64,000 bases of DNA from contig CAXWPH010000005.1 of assembly GCA_963666055.2 (NCBI GenBank), positions 93,758 through 157,757 on the forward strand, in the 5' to 3' direction. This DNA is from Acidobacteriota bacterium (GTDB lineage Bacteria; Acidobacteriota; UBA890; WLXD01). The translations under genes and the position numbers were made by a program. The notes below the pieces were generated by a model. It worked only from the letters and a program-made list of their open reading frames with translations. It searched no databases and was not told the DNA's origin. Position 1 is the stretch's first letter. Each line of letters opens with the position of its first letter. Shown in pieces: positions 59,230 to 64,000 of the stretch.

Positions 59230-59913
59230 TCATTGCAGGCCGTCGGGGCCGCGCAGCACTTCGTCATGCCTCCAGCCGGCGCGGCGTTGCTTGTCCTTGA
59301 GGACGTTAACCGTGCAGGTGAAGCGGTCGATCTCGAGACGGTCACGACGGGCCTCGGCGTGCAGCGAGACCATGGAGCCAAGCGATGAGTCACGGGTCTT
59401 TTTGCGCGTCAGGCACAGCACTACCATGTCGTGTCGGTGGGCGAGATTGCGCAGGCGTGCCAGCATGGCAAGCGATATTCGGGGTGGGGTGGCTCGGCCC
59501 AGAGCGGTGGCTTTGTCGCTGCCGGAGCCCAGATCGAAGACGATCAAACCGAATCCTCCGGAGCGTGCCAGTCGATCGGTGGCGCGCACGATCGCCCGGT
59601 CGTCGGGAAGACGGATTACCGCCAACGCTTGCAGATCAGCGCCGCTGGCCCAGGCGTCGAGGGGGAAAAAGCAGCTCTCGGTACGGGTTACCCAGGCCAC
59701 CGTCTCGTGCTGATGCTGGGCATCGAGCACGACGGAGAAGGCCAGGGTGAGGCAGGCGCTATTGCCTACGCCGGAGATCTCCACCAGGCGCCCGCGCAGC
59801 TCCTGCAAGCTCCAACTTGCCGGAGCCGGCGCAATGGGCGCGCCGGCGCCGAGCCGAACGGCACGTACAACACCGGGCGGGACAGGGAAAATCTGCGCGG
59901 ACATCGATGTCAT
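59230..59913 (-). CDS. imuA: ImuA / RecA-like protein
   Basis: GRLVEISG, LARSGGFGLIVFDL and SLGSMVSL; lies between lexA and imuB. Confidence 0.85.
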   Translation of the reverse strand: MTSMSAQIFPVPPGVVRAVRLGAGAPIAPAPASWSLQELRGRLVEISGVGNSACLTLAFSVVLDAQHQHETVAWVTRTESCFFPLDAWASGADLQALAVIRLPDDRAIVRATDRLARSGGFGLIVFDLGSGSDKATALGRATPPRISLAMLARLRNLAHRHDMVVLCLTRKKTRDSSLGSMVSLHAEARRDRLEIDRFTCTVNVLKDKQRRAGWRHDEVLRGPDGLQ

Positions 59914-60611
59914 GCACGCGCGCCGTGTCCACTAGAAGCATTTTCGCTAGTAGAAGCCTGGGCGTGACGCCGCGCCAGCGCGGCCCGGAAGGGGTTCTCG
60001 TCTAAGTGGCGCCGCACCTCGAGCACCTTGCCCAGCACACGGAGCTCTGCCGGGTCGGGAACGATCGGCGCATACTCCGGGTTCTGCGGTCGCAGCTCGA
60101 CGCGTCGACCCTCGACATAGAGAGTCTTGACGGTCGCTTCATCGCCGACCATCGCCACCACGATGTCGCCCGGGTCGGCGGTTGGTTGACGCTGTACGAT
60201 CACCACGTCGCCGTCGAGGATGCCGGCGTCACGCATCGAGTCGCCCTCGACACGCAGTGCGAACAGCTCGGCGCCACGAAACTTCGCGCGCACTGGCAGA
60301 TACGACTCGATGTCCTCGATCGCCTCGCTCAGCGGGCCGGCCGGAACGCGCCCCAGCAGCGGCACCTGTACCGGGGGTTCGTCGTGAGCCGGGGAGTCGG
60401 GAAGGCGATAGCCGCGCGCCTGGCCCCTGGCCTTGATCAGCTGCCCCATCTGCACCAAGGTGTTGAGATGGGCACGGGCCGACTCCACCGCCTTGAACCC
60501 GAAGGCTGCTTGAACTTCGCGGATCGTCGGTGGGTTGCCGGCCAGCAACCGGTCACGAACGAAGCGGTAAACGCGCTCTCGTGTCTGCCCCGGAGGGGTC
60601 TTGGGCGTCAT
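59910..60611 (-). CDS. lexA: LexA repressor
   Basis: PPTIREV wHTH, Ala-Gly cleavage site GRVPAG, catalytic Ser (GDSM) and Lys (EATVK). Confidence 0.95.
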   Translation of the reverse strand: MTPKTPPGQTRERVYRFVRDRLLAGNPPTIREVQAAFGFKAVESARAHLNTLVQMGQLIKARGQARGYRLPDSPAHDEPPVQVPLLGRVPAGPLSEAIEDIESYLPVRAKFRGAELFALRVEGDSMRDAGILDGDVVIVQRQPTADPGDIVVAMVGDEATVKTLYVEGRRVELRPQNPEYAPIVPDPAELRVLGKVLEVRRHLDENPFRAALARRHAQASTSENASSGHGARA

Positions 60612-60649
60612 GTAGGGCTCCTTGTTGGCGGGCGAGCACTACACTAAAC

Positions 60650-60662
60650 CAGACAAATGTCT
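60650..60662. promoter_or_regulatory. Candidate LexA box in the lexA promoter
   Basis: CAGACAAATGTCT lies between minus-strand TTGACG and TG-g-TTTAGT; SD AAGGAG downstream. Confidence 0.75.
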
Positions 60663-60778
60663 TTGACGTCAATCCCCGTACCGATCTTTATTCGTCTGAT
60701 GTGGCCGAATTCTTTCGCTGCCTGGTTTTGTCCGCCTGTGTGACACGAGCGTCGGGCAGCATTGTTAGCCGTGGTCCC

Positions 60779-61384
60779 TCAGGCGCAGCCGTTGTTGGGG
60801 TTGGCCAGGTACTTCTGCTTCATGGCCCCAAATTTAGCTATCTTCACGACCTGCGTCTTGACCCCGGTTTTTTCTTCCTTTTCAGCTTCGTCCCAACGAA
60901 CGCCGATGAGTCCGGCGCCGTAGGCGACGTCACTGACCTCCTTGAATTTGTCTTTTCCCTTGACCTGCCGTGTGGTCTCGGCAGTTATGTCGGTCGAGCT
61001 TGTGTTCAACACGACCCACCAGAAGTTGTTTTCGCTGAAGCAGCCCGAGTTGACGACGGAGATGAGAACGGATGGACTCGAGGGATCGATACTCGAATGC
61101 CCGACAGCCAAGAGAATGAGGTCCTTGGCGCTGGAGCGATTCTGCTCACGCAAGGCTCGTCGCATGCGCGGTGACAGCGGGATGTCGATGCCCCGCAGAC
61201 CGTCTTCGTACTCGATGATCTCGTAGTCCTTGAGGGTGGTTCCTTCGCCCAGAAGCCTCTGAAGGAATGCCTCGGCCCCTTCGGGTCCCCGCCCATCATC
61301 GCGTGGCGACAACTGAGCGGCGGCGTTCGGTGACGGAGACACGGCAATGGCGAGAACAGCGGCGGCAACAATGAAGCGACGCAT
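60779..61384 (-). CDS. Hypothetical secreted protein
   Basis: SD AAGGAG and signal peptide MRRFIVAAAVLAIA. Confidence 0.65.
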   Translation of the reverse strand: MRRFIVAAAVLAIAVSPSPNAAAQLSPRDDGRGPEGAEAFLQRLLGEGTTLKDYEIIEYEDGLRGIDIPLSPRMRRALREQNRSSAKDLILLAVGHSSIDPSSPSVLISVVNSGCFSENNFWWVVLNTSSTDITAETTRQVKGKDKFKEVSDVAYGAGLIGVRWDEAEKEEKTGVKTQVVKIAKFGAMKQKYLANPNNGCA

Positions 61385-61438
61385 GTCGGCTCCTTGGCAA
61401 GCAGGGGTCAAGTTCCGGAGAGCATCCTAGCACCCGAG

Positions 61439-61467
61439 AAAAACAACGGGCCCAGACGGGCCCGTCG
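61439..61467 (-). terminator. Rho-independent terminator
   Basis: Minus strand ACGGGCCC-GTCT-GGGCCCGT followed by TGTTTTT. Confidence 0.7.
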
Positions 61468-61496
61468 CTAATCGTCGGTTTTCTAGAGTGGTGTCG

Positions 61497-61835
61497 CTAC
61501 GGCAGCGAGACGAGGAGATCCAGGTTGCTCTCGATCTCCAGGCGTTCGCGGATGGCCTGCGGATGCACGCCGATCATGCCGCAGATATCTTCGAACCAGC
61601 GGGAGTTGAAGAAGTCCACCGGGTCCGAGTCTTCGGTCAGGCCGCGGAGTTTCTTGCGCTCAGAGGGCGACAGGCTCACACGACCGTTGATGCGGCGCAG
61701 GAACTCATAGTCCTTGATAGCAAGCGTGATGATCGAGACGTAGAGCTGTCGATATGCCTCATGATCCGTCCAGGCTTCTTTGGACGGGTCGGGCACCATG
61801 CCGGCAGAGCGCATTGCTAGCAGGTCAAGGGACAT
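61497..61835 (-). CDS. Hypothetical protein
   Basis: SD GGAGG; YRQLYVSIITLAIKDY..FFNSRWFEDICGMIG; followed by a terminator. Confidence 0.7.
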   Translation of the reverse strand: MSLDLLAMRSAGMVPDPSKEAWTDHEAYRQLYVSIITLAIKDYEFLRRINGRVSLSPSERKKLRGLTEDSDPVDFFNSRWFEDICGMIGVHPQAIRERLEIESNLDLLVSLP

Positions 61836-62160
61836 CTACAAGCCTCCCGGAGTTTCCGGCCGCGCGGAGCGCGCCAAGCCTTGAAGATCGTGATCCAAGA
61901 GCCACCCCAGCTCCTTGGAAGAAAGGTACCTCCCAACGCTTCACAGCGAGTAGAGTCGGGGGAGGATAAACGCTCCCGAGGGGGGGAACAATGGGTCGTC
62001 GGTTACTTTTCTTGCCTTGAATCATCGAGGCCGGTGGCGTGCCGCAGCCGGGTGATCGCGCTATCTTCAGTGGAGCGTTTCCGCGCGCTCGTCGAGAGAG
62101 CGTCGATATGTGGGACGCGGGACAGGTTGACATCGAACAGATGGACGAGGAGTCGCGCAA

Positions 62161-63375
62161 TTGGCCCTCAGCGAAGAACGTATTCGAGAAGCTCTGACCA
62201 CCGTGCAGTTCCCGGGTCTGTCGCGCGACATCGTGTCGTTCGGCTTTGTCGAGGCAGTGCGAATCGATGGTGGCGGGGTGACCGTCCGTCTCAATATCCC
62301 GATCGGCTCGCCGGAACATCAGCAGCAGATCGCCCGCGCATCGCACGACGCGTTGATGGCGCTGGACGGGGTCGACAGCGTCAGCCTCGAGATCGCGGCT
62401 CCCGAGTCGAAGGGTGCTTCGGCGGCCCAACCAGGCCGTCCATCGGGCGGTGCAACCAGTCTCGGCCTTGGCGATGCGGCCGGCCCCCCGGCAGGTTCTG
62501 CGACCGGCGGACCGCCGGCGCCTGGTACCGGGCCTCCGGCCGCCGGCCGACCGGCGGCGCTGTACGATCGCACCCCGATCGGTGGGGTGAAGCACGTGGT
62601 GGCGGTGGCCTCGGGAAAGGGAGGTGTGGGCAAGTCGACCGTGGCAGTGAATCTCTCGGCCGCGCTGGCGCAGCTCGGCCAGCACGTCGGTCTGATGGAT
62701 GCAGATATTTACGGTCCCTCGGTGCCCACCATGCTCGGCACCCACGAGCAGCCCAAGATCATCGATCTGGACGGCAAGCGGCTATTGGTGCCGCTCGACA
62801 AGTTCGGTATGAAGCTCATGTCGCTCGGTTTCCTGCAGCCCGAAGACGATCCGGTGATCTGGCGTGGGCCAATGGTGATGAAGGCAGTACGGCAGTTCCT
62901 TCGCGACGTCGACTGGCGCGGCGTTGAGGTGCTGGTAATCGACCTGCCCCCGGGCACCGGCGATGCGCAGCTCACGTTGACTCAATCGGCGCCGCTCGAT
63001 GGCGCCGTGATCGTCACCACGCCGCAGAATGTGGCGTTGATCGATGCCCGCAAAGGGCTCCGCATGTTCCAGGAAGTCGATGTGCCGGTGCTTGGGCTGG
63101 TGGAGAACATGTCGGTCTTCACGTGTTCGGAGTGCGGGCATCGCACGCACGTGTTCAGCACCGATGGCGGGCGGCGAACGGCAGAAGAGCTCGGAGTGCC
63201 GTTCCTGGGCGCGCTGCCGCTCGATCCGCAGATCGCCATTGCGGGCGATGCAGGCATACCCTACGTTGTCGAGCACCCCGACAGCGAAGTGACCAAGATC
63301 TTCCGAGCCGTGGCGCAGAACGTGCTCGATGCGGTGATCGAGCTGAAGGGCGGGCGCGACGCGTTGATTAACTAA
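62161..63375 (+). CDS. mrp: Mrp/ApbC/NBP35 Fe-S cluster carrier ATPase with DUF59 N-domain
   Basis: SGKGGVGKST, DADIYGPS, WRGPM, DLPPGTGD and ENMS..CSECG. Confidence 0.95.
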   Translation: MALSEERIREALTTVQFPGLSRDIVSFGFVEAVRIDGGGVTVRLNIPIGSPEHQQQIARASHDALMALDGVDSVSLEIAAPESKGASAAQPGRPSGGATSLGLGDAAGPPAGSATGGPPAPGTGPPAAGRPAALYDRTPIGGVKHVVAVASGKGGVGKSTVAVNLSAALAQLGQHVGLMDADIYGPSVPTMLGTHEQPKIIDLDGKRLLVPLDKFGMKLMSLGFLQPEDDPVIWRGPMVMKAVRQFLRDVDWRGVEVLVIDLPPGTGDAQLTLTQSAPLDGAVIVTTPQNVALIDARKGLRMFQEVDVPVLGLVENMSVFTCSECGHRTHVFSTDGGRRTAEELGVPFLGALPLDPQIAIAGDAGIPYVVEHPDSEVTKIFRAVAQNVLDAVIELKGGRDALIN

Positions 63376-63430
63376 CCGGCCGTGGTCGAAGTGCCTGTAA
63401 CCAGGCCCGCCACGCTTCCAACACGGTCTG

Positions 63431-64000
63431 CTAGGGTGCCGAGACGAGGTCGATGAGCGCCGCGGTCGCCGCGCGCACCGATCGAAGGCCGGGGTCGTCG
63501 TCCGATCCCAGCCGAGCCAGCATCCGGGCCGCCGCACGTAGCTCTGGTGCGGCGAAGCTGTCGGCTCCTGATGACAGCGCCCAGGCCGCATCGTCCAGAC
63601 GTTTCATCACGTAGCCTACTTGCGTTTCGGGTACGCTCCGGAGGGCGGATCTCCGCAGCTCCGCAAGCTCGACCTCGGCCAACCGCAGTAATCGGACTTC
63701 GTCGTACCGTATCCGGCTAACGCCGCGTGTCGGGTTGCCGCCAATGACCAGCGTCTGCGGGGCGGATGTCGGTACCGCGGGCAGCGAAGCCAGCAGGGTA
63801 CCGTCGACGGTGATCGCGAGCTGACCGCTGCGCGGATCGGAGATGAAAAAGAGGTGGTGCCAGCGGTCTGTCGAGATCGAGGCGTCGACGTGCCAGTCGC
63901 CCTTGGCGCTACGGATACGCAGACCGTCGGCTCGCAAGTCGATGCGCAACGCGGCAGCCGCCGCTGGGTCCATGCGGTCCCAGGCGCTGAGAAACGCGAT
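63431..64000 (-). CDS. LamG/concanavalin-like domain protein (5'-partial)
   Basis: DRWHHL..ITVDG..LVIGG..YDEVRL; frame is open to the window end. Confidence 0.5.
   Translation of the reverse strand: MAFLSAWDRMDPAAAAALRIDLRADGLRIRSAKGDWHVDASISTDRWHHLFFISDPRSGQLAITVDGTLLASLPAVPTSAPQTLVIGGNPTRGVSRIRYDEVRLLRLAEVELAELRRSALRSVPETQVGYVMKRLDDAAWALSSGADSFAAPELRAAARMLARLGSDDDPGLRSVRAATAALIDLVSAP

Overview
High-GC bacterial chromosomal window. The PadR plus ADOP-type permease and the DUF1592/DUF1552/ankyrin operon suggest Acidobacteriota, but this is an inference. The main feature is a ~14.07-kb satellite-like integrative element (16485-30558). It carries a P4-type tyrosine integrase, AlpA, a primase-type Zn finger, a DnaB-N/AAA helicase with iterons, and IS-riddled cargo. 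It is inserted inside an ADOP-type ABC permease gene, flanked by a 7-bp core repeat (CAAACCG), and precise excision would restore a 902-aa ORF. The reconstituted target, TGGC-N13-GCCA, is spelled by the conserved LALGxGA codons of this large paralog family. Second, a split lexA-imuA-imuB / dnaE2 mutagenesis cassette has the same palindrome, AGACA-AA-TGTCT, in front of both halves; this is a candidate SOS box that I do not recognise from described LexA motifs. Also present: CTAG-targeting MITEs, an AbiE type IV toxin-antitoxin pair with an operator and a probable leaderless promoter, a tRNA-Leu 3' att remnant, many IS3 remnants, several genes broken by in-frame stops or frameshifts, and ordinary peptidase, transporter and metabolic genes. 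All family assignments come from motif recognition by eye; no database search was run.
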